Source: Eledone cirrhosa (lineage: Eukaryota). From it: 64,000 bases of DNA. Below are positions 40,455 to 53,859 of the stretch, in pieces. How positions within the stretch are numbered: position 1 is the first letter of the stretch; each line of letters opens with the position of its first letter. A program made the translations under genes and the position numbers. The stretch is from positions 179,986,001 through 180,050,000 of the forward strand of contig OZ024742.1 in the NCBI GenBank assembly GCA_964016885.1, written 5' to 3'. The notes below the pieces were generated by a model. That model searched no databases. It had not been told where the DNA came from and was given only the letters and a program-made list of their open reading frames with translations.

Positions 40455-43400
40455 ACACACACACACACACGATAGCAACTAACAGCGCTGCGATCGAATG
40501 TGGCTTTTTAGCCCAGCCAATGATCTAAAATGTCTTGCACAGAGTCGGCAACCAAAACATTCACTGGGAATAGCCGGCTGTGGTTGGAGTTCGTGTACTT
40601 TTGCATGTCGCTTGAGCCCTCCTGCTGATTTTCATTCTCTACCACATGCTTGGCAAGCATGATGAGTAGCATCTCCAACAGCAGCCTGGTAGTCAACCAC
40701 TGGTCTTACTTTATGACTGCGAAGATGACTTTCGAGTCCAGCTTTGCTTAGGCAGAGTGTCGCACAGACGCTGCAAGTCAGCACCATAGGAGGACCCTCG
40801 CCGCCTGGAAGTGCAACTGCAATGCCCTTCCTCACATCCCGCTTTACATTCTCGTATGCGATTCGAGATGCCTCAAAGGCAACTTTTCCCTCATATACAG
40901 TCTTTCTCCATTTATTACGATCAGCAGCAATATTTTCCCATGTATCAGCAGAGATGTTAGCGTCTTTCAGAGAGGCTTTCAAGGAATCCTTATACCTCTT
41001 TTTTTGGTTTATGTGGCGGTCGTTTTCCTTTAACCAACTCTCAATAAAAGAGTTGTTTTGGTATTCTAGAATCCTTCATCCTGGCAAGGTGACCACTCCA
41101 ACGGAGTCGTTGCTTAAGCACAAGATATTCTATACTGTCACACATAGAGCTTTCCAAAATCTCGACATCACTGATGTGGTCCCTCAAGTGAACGCCATGG
41201 ATCCGTATGAGACACATCTGATGGAAACGCTCCAATTGCTTAAGGTGGTTTCGATATGTGACCCAGGTCTCGCAGGCATAAAGAAGACAAGAGAGCACAC
41301 ATGCCTTGTACACCTTTACCTTTGTCCTCCTGCATATGTCTCGCGGACCCCAGAGTCGCCTTTCTAGCTTTCCGAAAGCATCAATTGCTTTCCTAATCAT
41401 AAGTGAGATTTCACTGTCAAGGTTGCTGTATCGATTGACAGTGCTTCCCAGGTAGACAAACTGATCAACCACCCCAAGTCGTTTACCATACACATAGATG
41501 ATTGGTTCAGTGTACTGCTTACTAGGGGCAGGTTGGTACATGACGACGGTTTTCTTGAGACTGACAGTCAATCCTAGGACAGTGCAAGCGTCAGAAAATG
41601 CATTCAAAATGTGCTGCATATCACTCTCTGTGTGCGCTACAAGATCGCAATCATCTGCATACAAGAGGTCTCTTATGACTGATGTAAATACTTTTGTCTT
41701 TGCAGCAAAGCGCCTGATGTTAAATATGCTGCCTGAGGTTCGATATCGGATGTAAACACCATGCTCGCAATTCCTGAATTCAATACAGAAAACCATTGCA
41801 AAGTATATGGCAAACAGGGTCAGTGCTGGAATATCCCCGTTTCACTCCATTTTTTACTGAGATAGGCTCCGACATGTTATCTCCGACATTAACCCAAGCC
41901 TTCATGTCGTCATGGAAAGACCTAACTAAAACAAGGAACTTATCAGGGCAACCAAGTTTCTGGAGAACCTTCCATAATGCGTCTCTGTTAACAGTATCGA
42001 AAGCTTTTGTCAGATCGACAAAAACCCGATACAGATCCAAACCTTGTTCCATGCACTTCTCCTGGAGCTGTCTAGCTGAGAAGATCATATCAGTAGTGCC
42101 GCGTCCAGCACAAAAAACCAGATTGACTTTCAGGAAGAACACAATCTGCAATGTGTGTCAGCAGACGGTCCAGAAGCACCCCACATAAAACTTTCCTTAC
42201 GACAGAAAGCAATGATATACCTCTGTAGTTCCCACAATCATTCCTATTACCCTTTCCCTTGTACAAGACCACCATTACTGCATCTCTCCAGTCCTCAAAT
42301 ACGGATTCATTAGCCCATATCCTGCCAAACAAAGAGTGAAGATGTTGCAGGAGTCTCTCAGCACCATATTGTAGGAGCTCAGCATGTATGCCATCCATAC
42401 CTGGAGACCTTCCACTGTTCAGCTTCGAGATAGCCACTGCAACCTCCACAAGCGTCGGAGGATTCTGCGAGAGCTACTTTCACAGGACTTTCTGGAATGA
42501 GATTGAGGAAATCTTTACTGACGACAGACGGCTGATTCAAAAGACCATCAAAGTGCTCTCGCCACCTTCGTAGAATTCCTTGTGAGTCACGAAGATGTTC
42601 TTTGCCATCCTTGCTGCGAATCGGTGTCACCAGAGAAGAAGACGGTCCATAAACCTCACGCAAGAGACTGTACAACAGCTTTGTGTTATTGGAATCTGAC
42701 GCAGTTTGTATCTCACCAGCCTTCTCACTCCACCACTGATCCTTCATCTGAGAAAGACTCCGCCTAACACGTGATTTTACATCCTTGAGTTCCTCATGCA
42801 ACGTATTCCTCTCCTGTGGTTTTGCCGTCAAGTAGCGTGACAGAGCACGCCTCTTATCAGCCAACAAGTCTTCTATATGTACATCATTCTCATTAAACCA
42901 GTCCTGATGTTTTCTCTGCACCAATCCCAGAACATGCCTACATCATAAACCTACTTTTTAAGGGTCGGCCAATCCTCACCAAGATCTGCAGCCTGCATCT
43001 CTTCTTCCAATGTCCTCTTCACATTTTTATCCTTAAGACGAGCAGCATTCAATCTTTTGGGCAGGGCAAAACCAGGAGCCCGGATTTTACATTTAGTGAT
43101 TAGTTTCACTTTTGCGCGTACCAGGTGGTGGTCCGTCCAGCACTCAGTTCCACGAAGAGCACGAACACACTGCACACCCTGTCTGTCACGCATCCTGACT
43201 AGGACGTATTCAGAAAGATGCCATTCCTTAGATGCAGGATGCATCCATGTGGTCTTGAATTTGTTCTTTTGTTGGAACATGGTGTTGGTAACACACAGAT
43301 CCAGCTCCTCACACATCTGCAGCAGGAGCATACCATTGTTGTTACACTTTCCCACCCCATGCCTTCCGATTACATTCCATATGTTAAAATACCTACCCAC

Positions 43401-43950
43401 TCTAGCATTAAAGTCACCAAGCACGATGACTTTGTCTGCCTGAGGGATATTTCTTAAAACACATTTCAAGGCATGGTAAAAGGACACTTTTTCTTCATCG
43501 ACAGAATTCATAGTTAGAGCATACACGCTCACCAGGATCGCATATCTTTCTTTGTCCAGCGGAATTCTCATGGACATAAGACGCTCACTAATCCCTACTG
43601 GGAATTCTTCTAATTTATTCACAAGCACAGTCTTAACAGCAAATCCTACCCCAGCCTCTCTTCTGGTTCCTTCATCTTTTCCTTTCAAGAAGAATGTATA
43701 TTCTCCACAAAATTCTGTAAGATAACCATCTCCAGCTAACCTCGTCTCAGATAAAGCCACGATGTCAAGATCGTAACGTCGAAGCTCCTTTGCAACAAGA
43801 GCGGTCCTTCGTTCAGGACGCTCCAAGGAATCCCTGTCAAGCAGCGTCCGTACGTTCCAGCAACCAAGACTAAATGCCTTGTTTGGCTCTATTACAATGG
43901 CACGATGACGAGCGGGCCCAGGCTGTGATAACCTGAGGCCCCTGCCCTTA
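40455..43950 (-). mobile_element. Near full-length, inactivated RTE (BovB-like) LINE with C-terminal zinc fingers
   Basis: GCWNVRTL, ALSETRL, LGDFNARVG, TDHHLV, NYRGISLL, FVDLTKAFD, LLYADD, QFVYLGS, RLRWSGH; frame ends at TAG 40479-40481; (GT)n tail; several frameshifts. Confidence 0.96.
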
Positions 43951-44070
43951 TTGCCAATTATCTTTTTTGTTCCAGAATTTAAATTGCCAATTATCTCTTT
44001 TATATTGTTCTGGAACATCATTGAATTGGGGGGAAAAAAAAAAAGTAATAATAATAGTAACAATAATAAT

Positions 44071-44255
44071 TGTTTCTACTTTAGGCACAAGGCCAGCAAT
44101 TACCCAGTGCATTACTGGTACTTTATTTTATCGACCCCGTAAGGATGAAAGGCAATGTTAACCTCGGCGGGATTTGAACTCAGATCGTAAAGGGACTTAA
44201 CTATGCTGGAAAGCATGGCGCCCGACCCTCTACCGATACTGCCAATCCACCGCCC
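44071..44255 (-). mobile_element. Full-length SINE family 1 with 16-bp TSD
   Basis: TAGTAACAATAATAAT at 44055-44070 and 44256-44271. Confidence 0.9.
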
Positions 44256-44282
44256 TAGTAACAATAATAATAATAATAATAA

Positions 44283-44513
44283 ACTGGTCCCGATTGTCAT
44301 AGGTGCACTAGGTACTATCTCAAAAAGTTTCCAGGGATGGTTAAAGAAAATTGGCCCCGGCACGCTTTTTGGAACGCTTCAAAAGGCATGCTTGTTGGGA
44401 ACAGCAAGAACCCTCCGATACGTCCTGAATATCTGAGGCTGCAGGTAGTGGCTTGATATTCATTTCAACAAACTTTCCAGTTAACTAACATCAATGACTG
44501 AGAATAAAAGAAC

Positions 44514-44563
<50 letters not shown>
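44283..44563 (+). mobile_element. Short 5'-truncated copy of R4/Dong-like family B plus (TAA)n
   Basis: Near-identical to 51061-51300; encodes VPIVIGALGTISK..LQKACLLGTARTLRYVLNI. Confidence 0.92.
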
Positions 44564-44566
<3 letters not shown>

Positions 44567-47500
44567 TTTAAAAAGAGAAAAAACAACAAAAAGAAAACCC
44601 CGTGACCAAGAAATACCGGGATGGCGGCCGGCGGGGAATAGCCATGTCTCTAGGGGAGAACGACCCCTCTAGTCTTGGTTGACACTCGTTCTAGAAGTGG
44701 TAACACGAAATGATTACCCCTTGGCGGATAAGGATAAAACGCGACAAAATAAAGTAAATATCTAATGATAAAATCTCATACCGGATCGGCCGTCACCCGG
44801 GTAAAAAAGGGCCGCGTCCCTCAGAGAGGAACCAGACGGGGGTCGAAAAATCAGCTAATGGTTCAAACCTTCCCATCACTTCGGAGCTGGAGACCTCCCA
44901 TAACCGGAATACTCCTACTGTTGGCCCTCCATGCTCACCACCAATAAATCCAAAGAAAAAGAGAGAAAAATGGTCAAGGGAAGATAATAAAGAAGTCCTT
45001 GAGGCTTTCTACACTGCCATGTACTACCCATCAAATACATCGAATACAGAACAAACATATATCAACTGGAAAAAGAAACATCCCGAAAACAGAGGCTATA
45101 TTGACAGTAACAAACTAGCCAATATACGAAGAAATATTGTAAGAAAAAAGTTACTAACTGATATAGAAATTGATCAGATCAAGCTAGTAGCACAAAGTCA
45201 GCGAAGGGAAAATGAAGCATGTGTCAGTGAAAACGAGGTAAACTGTAACACTTCGAATCCCAGAGTTGGGGCGGAATCACTGGCAACAGAACAAATTAAA
45301 GAAAGGAGCGAAAAAGTGGAGGGAGTGCATGCTCAGGATGAAACTCCAAATGAAAATAATGAGATCGTAAATGATAAAGAAATGAATGAGAATGAACTTG
45401 CCAACTTGAAGGATGAAGTTATGATCGAATGGATGAAAATGAAAGAATCTGACATGGGGGAACGAGACACCCTCCCTAAGATCCAGAACTCCAAACAGAA
45501 CCAAAAGATAATACACAAGACTAACATAATTCTCAAAAACATTATCATCACAAACAAACTAAACATTACTGACTTAAATCATCTCTATTATGCATCGGCT
45601 AAAGTCACCACTCACTTATGTGGAGTGAAGATGAAAAAACAAAGGAATTCCCACAAGAAATCTACTTGGCAAGATAACATCAATCGCCAAATAAACCTTC
45701 TCCGATCTGACATAGAAATTTTAACAAACTATAAAGTAGGTGAACATGTTAAACAAACTAAACTTAGAAAATTTAAAAAAAAGTACAGTATAAGATCAAC
45801 ATGTGACATAGACATGCTGATAGAAACAATCAAGCAAAAAGTGTCGGCCAAAGCTGCTCGTATAAGGCGCTTTGAAAAACGATCTAGATTCTATACGGAC
45901 AATAATATGTTCAAAAACAACCAAAGAAACTTCTACAGAAAAATTGGTAAGTCAACAATAACTGCTAAATCAATACCACCCAAGGAGGAAGTGCAAGAAT
46001 TCTGGGAAAAGATCTGGGCCGAAGAAAAAGTTCATAACATACATGCCCCATGGATAGACAGACAAATGAACGAAACAGCTCACCTTGACGAACAAACATG
46101 GGAAAATATAACAGTTGAACAGCTGCGCTTGGCTCTAAGAAAAACCAGCAAATGGAAATCCCCAGGAAAAGACAAAATACAAAACTTTTGGATAAATGCC
46201 TTCACAGAGTCTCATGAGCTGTTAGCCCAACTTTACAATGAAATAGTTAAGGAGCCAGAAAAGATACCATCATGGCTAGTTAACGGCATTACATTCCTGC
46301 TACCGAAGAATGATGAGACAAACAATCCCAAAAATTACAGACCGATAACCTGCTTGACCACAATGTATAAAATTTTAACATCAGTCCTAACTGAATACAG
46401 ATATGACCACCTGATAATAAATGACCTATTTCCCATTGAGCAGAAAGGGTGTCAACGAGGCTCATATGGCTGTAAGGATCAGCTTCTGGTTAACAAAATG
46501 ATACTGGAAGATTGTCATAATAGACACAAAAATCTATCGATTGCTTGGATAGATTATAAAAAAGCATTTGATAGTTTGCCACACAGTTGGATTGAAAAGA
46601 GATTTTCAAAATATCCCCCGTTGTCAGGAGGTTTTTGTCATTCAGTATGAGGACATGGAGAACGACACTCCTTTTGAATAGTGAAACAAAATCACTGGAA
46701 GCTGGAGAAGTTAACATTAATTGTGGAATTTTTCAGGGTGACTCTTTATCACCGCTTTTATTCTGCATCGCACTTATACCATTAAGTAAAATGCTCAATG
46801 AAACAAAACATGGATATAGAGTCTATGACAAAACCATTAATCACTTGTTCTACATGGATGACCTGAAACTATTTGCAAAAAATGATGAACAATTGCAAGG
46901 GCTATTATCCACTGTGAAGCAGTTCAGTGATGACATTAAAATGGAGTTTGGACTGGATAAATGCGCCAAAGCAACGTTCACCAGAGGAAAGCTGCTGAAG
47001 AGTTCAGACATTAATCTTGATCGGGGGAACGCGATAAGAGAGCTTGATCAAGAACAAACTTACAAATATCTAGGTGTTTGTGAAGGAGACGGAATCAAGC
47101 ACTCGACAATGAGGGAAAGGATAAGGAAGGAATGTTACCGCAGAGTCAGAGCAATCTTAAGAACGGAATTGAATGCAAGGAATAGGATCGATGCCATAAA
47201 CACGCTTGCCATACCAGTAGTAACCTACAGTTACAATGTCATCAACTGGTCAAGCACAGAGATCCGTAGGCTCGATACAAAAATCCGAAAATTCTTAACC
47301 ATGCACAGAATGCATCACCCTAAGGCAGACATAGATAGAATATATCTCCCTAGGAAAGAAGGAGGACGTGGGTTAATCCAGTTAGACATTGCGTTGAAAA
47401 CTGCAACAATTGGATTATCCACATATCTAAGGGAATCACATGATTGGATGATCAAACTCGTTTTGAAACACGAAAGCACCAAAAGATCATATTCCATTAC

Positions 47501-48541
47501 AAAAGATGCACAAAGATACAGTAATGGACTACAAATTTCAGAAGTCCCATTTACTGCTGAAATGGAAAACACAGAAAAAGCAAAGCAGGTAAAAGTAACT
47601 GCAAAGAAAGAACTGCTACAGAAACTGGCTAAGAAATGGCAAGAAAAGCCTCTGTATGGAAAATACCCAGAGCGAGCTAACAATCCTGATGTTGACAAAA
47701 CTTTAACCCATCAGTGGTTGGCATCCTCTGGACTGAAATCGGAGACTGAAGGACTGATTATATCCGCACAAGATCAGTGTCTGCCAACAAAAAATTACCA
47801 AGCCAACATAATAAAAAATGGGTGCAGCCCATTATGCCGTGTATGCAAAAAACAACCAGAGACCATTGACCATATAATTTCAATGTGCAGTCCTATAGCT
47901 CCAACCGAATACCTAAACAGGCATGACAGAGTTGCACAATACATACATTGGATAATGTGTAAGCATTTTGACCTGCCCCATCAAAAGAATTGGTGGGAAC
48001 ATCAACCACCTCCCATACTTGAAAAAGATCACATCTCAATCTGGTGGAACTTTAGCATCCAAACAGACCGAAAAATAGATGCAAATAGACCTGATATAAT
48101 ATTGAAGGACTTTCAAAGGAGGGTATGCCTGCTAATTGATATGTCTGTTCCAATAGACAAGAATGTATCTATAAAAACATTTGAAAAATTGAGCAAGTAT
48201 AAGGACCTGGAGATAGAAATTGGAAAAATGTGGAAATTGAGAACTAAAACAATACCAGTGGTTGTAGGCGCTCTGGGAATGATACCTAAGGGGTCTAACG
48301 ACTACTTATCGCAAATCCCAAGAAACCCGCGTATAGGAGAAATACAAAAGATAGTACTAATGGGAACTGCCCATATACTAAGGAAGATCCTGTCAATATA
48401 AGTACATCACAAGTCTAAACACTAAGGATGCATGTGTGAATATGTATTTTCTTTCTTGAACATGGCGGACCTTGTTGTCTCTTGAGGTCACTGGTTGTGA
48501 CTTGGTGATAACTCGTATAAACATAAAGCAAGATAAATGCA

Positions 48542-48569
<28 letters not shown>
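44564..48569 (+). mobile_element. Near-intact R4/Dong-like non-LTR retrotransposon (family A) flanked by (TAA)n
   Basis: GC-rich 5' leader, one long frame broken once, ~140-nt 3' UTR, (TAA)n on both sides. Confidence 0.93.
45019..48401 (+). pseudogene. RT-CCHC-restriction-like endonuclease polyprotein with a single frameshift near 46600
   Basis: [57 protein letters not shown]-x8-H-x4-C, RHD, NRPDII, LIDMSVP, EKLSKY; frame is open upstream to 44758. Confidence 0.93.
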
Positions 48570-48573
<4 letters not shown>

Positions 48574-51302
48574 CAACAAACAAGAGAGATCAGAACCTTG
48601 GTGGAAGAAACGACTGAATGGTCAAATCAGGGAAATGAGAAATGACATTGGAAAGCTTGGGTCCCTACTGAATGGGACACTAAAAAACATAGACACTAAA
48701 AATAGACTGGAAATAAAGTACAAAACTAGGAGGAAAAAGCTAAATATTATCATAGAGGAACTGAAGCAACGCCTTGCAGCAAAGAGTGCAAAAATTAGGC
48801 GATACGAGTGCAGAGTCAGTCAGTATAGACAGAACCGCATGTTTGACAACAACCAGAAGATGCTGTTTGGACAGCTTGAAGGGAAAGAAAGAGGCAACGA
48901 TTTGATCCCTGAGGCAGAACAAACTAAGACATTCTGGAGAGGAATATGGGAGCAGGATGTTAAGCATAATGAACAGGCATTGTGGATTGAGACAGTACAG
49001 AAGGAGATTAGTGAACAGGCACACCAACAAACTGATTTGAGTATCACAGTTGAAACTCTTAAGGGGCAGGCCAAAAAACTAACCAACTGGAAATCACCTG
49101 GCCCAGATGGTGTGCAGGGGTATTGGATTAAAAATATAACATCCTTCCAGCCGAAACTGACAACCATGATCAATGACTGCTTGATGTCAGATGAGGTACC
49201 AGAGTGGTTGACAAAAGGTACCACAGTTCTGATAATGAAAGTCCGAATCAAGGGTAATGATGTTACCAACTATAGACCTATCACATGTCTGTCCGTAATG
49301 TGAAAACTGTTGACAAGCATTATGTCTGAGGAAATCTACCATCACCTCCACACAAACAACTTGTTACCGGACTAACAGAAAGGATGCCGAAAGAAGTCTC
49401 GTGGTACACAGGACCAGTTACTTATTGATAAGATGGTAATGAGGAATTGCAAGAGGAGACACACTGATCTTGCCATGGTATGGATAGACTACAAAAAGGC
49501 ATTTGACATGGTGCCTCATTCTTGGATCACCAAAAGCCTAGAGACCTTCAAGGTGGCAGATAACATCAGACAGTTGTTGGGCAAAAGTATGAAGTCCTGG
49601 AAAACAGAGTTAACATCAGCTGGAGAATCCTTGGGAGGCGTGAAGATCAAGAGAGGTATCTTCCAGGGAGATAGTCTGTCTCCTCTGTTGTTTGTCCTTG
49701 CCCTGATGCCCCTGACCATTATACTGCGAAATGTGAGAGCAGGATAAAAGTGGGGAAAGGGAGAGCTTACCATCAATCACCTCCTCTTCATGGACTATCT
49801 TAAGCTCTTCGGGAAGAGTGAGAAGGAGTTGGATGTGCTTGATGACACTGTCCGTATTTTCAGCAATGATATATGTATGCAATTTGGTATTAGTAAGTGT
49901 GGAGTCCTTGTGATGAAGAGGGGGTAAATTGAACAGAAGCAACGGAATCCAGGTACCAACAGGTGAGATGATAAAGGAAATTGACACTGAAGAATGATAC
50001 AAGTATTTTGGTGTTCTGGAGGCTGATGACATGAAGAACAAAAACATGAAGGAATTGATAAGATCTGAATACATTCGGAGAGTAAGGAGCGTATTAAAGT
50101 CACATCTGAACAGTAGGAATGCCATAAGTGCAGTAAATTCCCGAGCTGTGTCTATTATTAGGTACAGTGCGGGAATTCTGAGATGGAATGTTGCTGAACA
50201 AAAAGAAATGGATAGGAAGACTAGGAAGCTATTGACTATCTACAACATGTTCAACAAGAGGAGTGATGTCGATAGACTCTACTTCAGGAGATCTGAAGGT
50301 GGAAGAGGTCTTATCAGCATAGAGGAGAAAAACAACCAAAACAAATACGTGACTGATAGTAAGGAGCCAATGCTCAGAATTGTACTGAAGTCGAGGACAA
50401 TGGATCAGGAGATGTCGAAGGAGGAAATAACAACAAGGAGAAAGAGCAGCCTTCATGAAAAATCCCTTCATAATACCTTCTTTGAGAAAACTGTATTCAG
50501 AGATCCACAGACATGGAACTGGTTGAAAAGAGGAGACCTTAAAAAGGCTACAGAAGGAATGCTAATGGCTGCGCAAGAGCAGGCCCTCAAAACGAAGTGG
50601 TTGAAACACTATATTTACAAGGAGGAGGCTAGCCCACTGTGCAGGATCTGTGGAGAGAGAGAGGAGACTGTGGCTCATATTGTATCCAAGTGTAAACACC
50701 TAGCCCAGACTCACTATAAAGGCTGGAGACATGATGTGATGGGCAGGGTGATCCACTGGTACCTATGCAAAGTCAACAATTTACCACATTCTGAGAAGTG
50801 GTATGAGCATAAGCCAGAGTTGGTGATAGAAAACGATCAGGTGAAGGTGCTGTGGGATTTTAGGATACAGACGGACAAGAAACTGGAACACAATAGACCT
50901 GACCTGGTGGTTTTGGACAAGGAAAAAAGATCGTGCCTGATTGTGGATGTGGCCTGCCCATTCGACACGAGAGTGCAAGAGAAGGAGAGCGAGAAAATTA
51001 ACCGATACCAGGACCTAAAGAGGGAGGTAAAAAGGATTTGGAACTGCCATGAAGTCAAAGTGGTCCCGATTGTCATAGGCGCACTAGGGACTATCTCAAA
51101 AAGTTTCCAGGGATGGTTAAAGAAATTTGGCCCGCCCCGTTTTTGGAACGCTTCAAAAGGCATGCATGCTGGGAACAGAAAGAACCCTCCGATACGTCCT
51201 GAATATCTGAGGCTGCAGGTAGTGGCTTGATATTTATTTCAACAAACTTTCCAGTTAACTAACATTAATGACTGAGACTCAAAGAACAATAATAATAATA
51301 AT
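48570..51302 (+). mobile_element. 5'-truncated, decayed R4/Dong-like LINE (family B) ending in (TAA)n
   Basis: [67 protein letters not shown]; several stops. Confidence 0.93.
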
Positions 51303-51482
51303 TGTTTCTACTTTATGCACAAGGCCAGCAATTATCCAGTGCATTACTGGTACTTTATTTTATCGACCTCGTAAGGTTGAAAGGCAAAGTCAACCTCGGC
51401 GGGATTTGAACTCAGATCGTAAAGGGACGTAACTATGCTAGAAAGCATGGCGTCCGACCCTCTACCGATACTGCCAATCCAC
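51303..51482 (-). mobile_element. SINE family 1, near full length
   Basis: Near-identical to 44071-44255. Confidence 0.88.
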
Positions 51483-51933
51483 ATAATAATACACTATTAA
51501 TAATTATTAATGCAATCGTGCAATGCCTGTGCGTGATGAATATTTTTAAAGTGAGGAAAGACTGTGCACTGAACCAATCCCACTCTCTGAGCGACAGTAG
51601 CTATAACCCGAAAAGAAGAAAAGATCAACATCATCGGTAACTACTGAGCCGCAGGTTTTATGTCGGAGTTAACCCAGTTTCCTGAGATGCCTTCTTCTAG
51701 AAGAATGACCTGACAAGTGTTAGGGGTTCTTCACTCCCAGTGGTTTAACTGCGCGATCGGGCATCCAGCCCGATTATTTCTATGTCCCAGCGCAAAAAAA
51801 AAAAAAATCCCTTATTGACACTTATACGTACGACATACACACACGCGCATACATACGCGCGCACACACACGCATACATATGCGCGCACACAGCAACACTC
51901 ATACATACAAACAAACACACACACGCTACTCAC

Positions 51934-52023
<90 letters not shown>

Positions 52024-52109
52024 CCGTCATTACTGATACAAGATTACAAGATTATGTCAACTGTTGACTTTCAAGAGTTTGTATAGTTGAAGCCGTTCGT
52101 ATTACAGTC

Positions 52110-52283
52110 CAGTATTATTATAATTGCTTTACAGCATAGAGTTATGGCTCTCCACGCTCTGAGATTAAACATCGCCGAGGTCAACCTTGCCTTTCATCCC
52201 CACGGAGTCAACAAAAGAGAGTACCAGTGATGCGCTGGGCCAGCCGCTGGATCCGTGCCAAAAGCAGAAAGATTATTATTATT
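52110..52283 (+). mobile_element. Decayed SINE family 1
   Basis: GCCGAGGTCAACCTTGCCTTTCATCCCCACGGAGTCAACAAAA..GTACCAGT; (ATT)n tail. Confidence 0.65.
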
Positions 52284-52434
52284 AAAGTTGTTTTCTTAAG
52301 ACCCGGTCGCTGGTGATGGTGATGGCCGCGGTGATGGCGGCGGCGGTGGTGGTGGCAGTTGTTGTTGTTGTTGTGTTGTGTGCGTGTGTGTGTTTTGTTA
52401 TTTTGAGTTTTTTTGTTTGTTTGATGTTTTTTTT

Positions 52435-52820
52435 ATATATATATATATATATACAAACATATATATATATATAAATACATACATATATATATATAAATAC
52501 ATACATATATATATATACATATATATATATACATATAAATTCATACATATATATATATACATATATATATATACATACATATATATATACATACATATAT
52601 ATATACATACATATATATATATATACATACATATATATATATTATATACATATATATATATATATATATACATACATATATATTATATACATATATATAT
52701 ATATACATACATATATATATATTATATACATATATATATATATACATACATATATATAGGTATGTATATACATACATATATATATATACATATATATATA
52801 TATACATATATATACATACA

Positions 52821-52880
<60 letters not shown>

Positions 52881-52925
52881 CATACATACATATATTTATA
52901 TATACATACACATATATATACATAC

Positions 52926-52958
<33 letters not shown>

Positions 52959-52989
52959 CATATACATACATATATATACATACAGATAA

Positions 52990-53026
<37 letters not shown>

Positions 53027-53039
53027 CATATATATATAT

Positions 53040-53070
<31 letters not shown>

Positions 53071-53233
53071 CATACATATATATATATATACATATATATA
53101 TATACATACATATATATATATACGTACATATATATATACATACATATATATATATACATACATATATATATACATACATATATATATATATACATACATA
53201 TATATATATATATACATACATATATATATATAT

Positions 53234-53272
<39 letters not shown>

Positions 53273-53293
53273 TATATACATATATATATATAC

Positions 53294-53324
<31 letters not shown>

Positions 53325-53435
53325 CATACATATATGTATATATATACATACATATATGTATATATATACATATATATATATATACATACATATGTATATG
53401 TATATATATACATACATATATATATATATACATAC

Positions 53436-53470
<35 letters not shown>

Positions 53471-53535
53471 CATACACATATATATATATACATACATATA
53501 TATATATACATATATATACATACATATATACATAC

Positions 53536-53592
<57 letters not shown>

Positions 53593-53791
53593 CATATATA
53601 TACATACATATATATATATATATACATACATATATATACATATATATATATATATATACATACATATATATATATATACATACAAATATATATATATACA
53701 TACATACATATATATACATACATACATATATATATACATACATATATATATATACATGCATACGTATATATACATACATACATATATATAC

Positions 53792-53836
<45 letters not shown>

Positions 53837-53850
53837 ATAAAACATACATA
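52435..53850. repeat. 1.4-kb compound (TA)n/(TACA)n microsatellite
   Basis: Directly visible; the source of the spurious YI-rich ORFs. Confidence 0.98.
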
Positions 53851-53859
53851 TAATAAAAC

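Noticed and set aside
44283-51300. LTR-like direct repeats (44283-44515 and 51061-51290) enclosing a retroelement
   Set aside because: Both are coding 3' ends of a non-LTR family followed by (TAA)n; no TG..CA ends, PBS or integrase.
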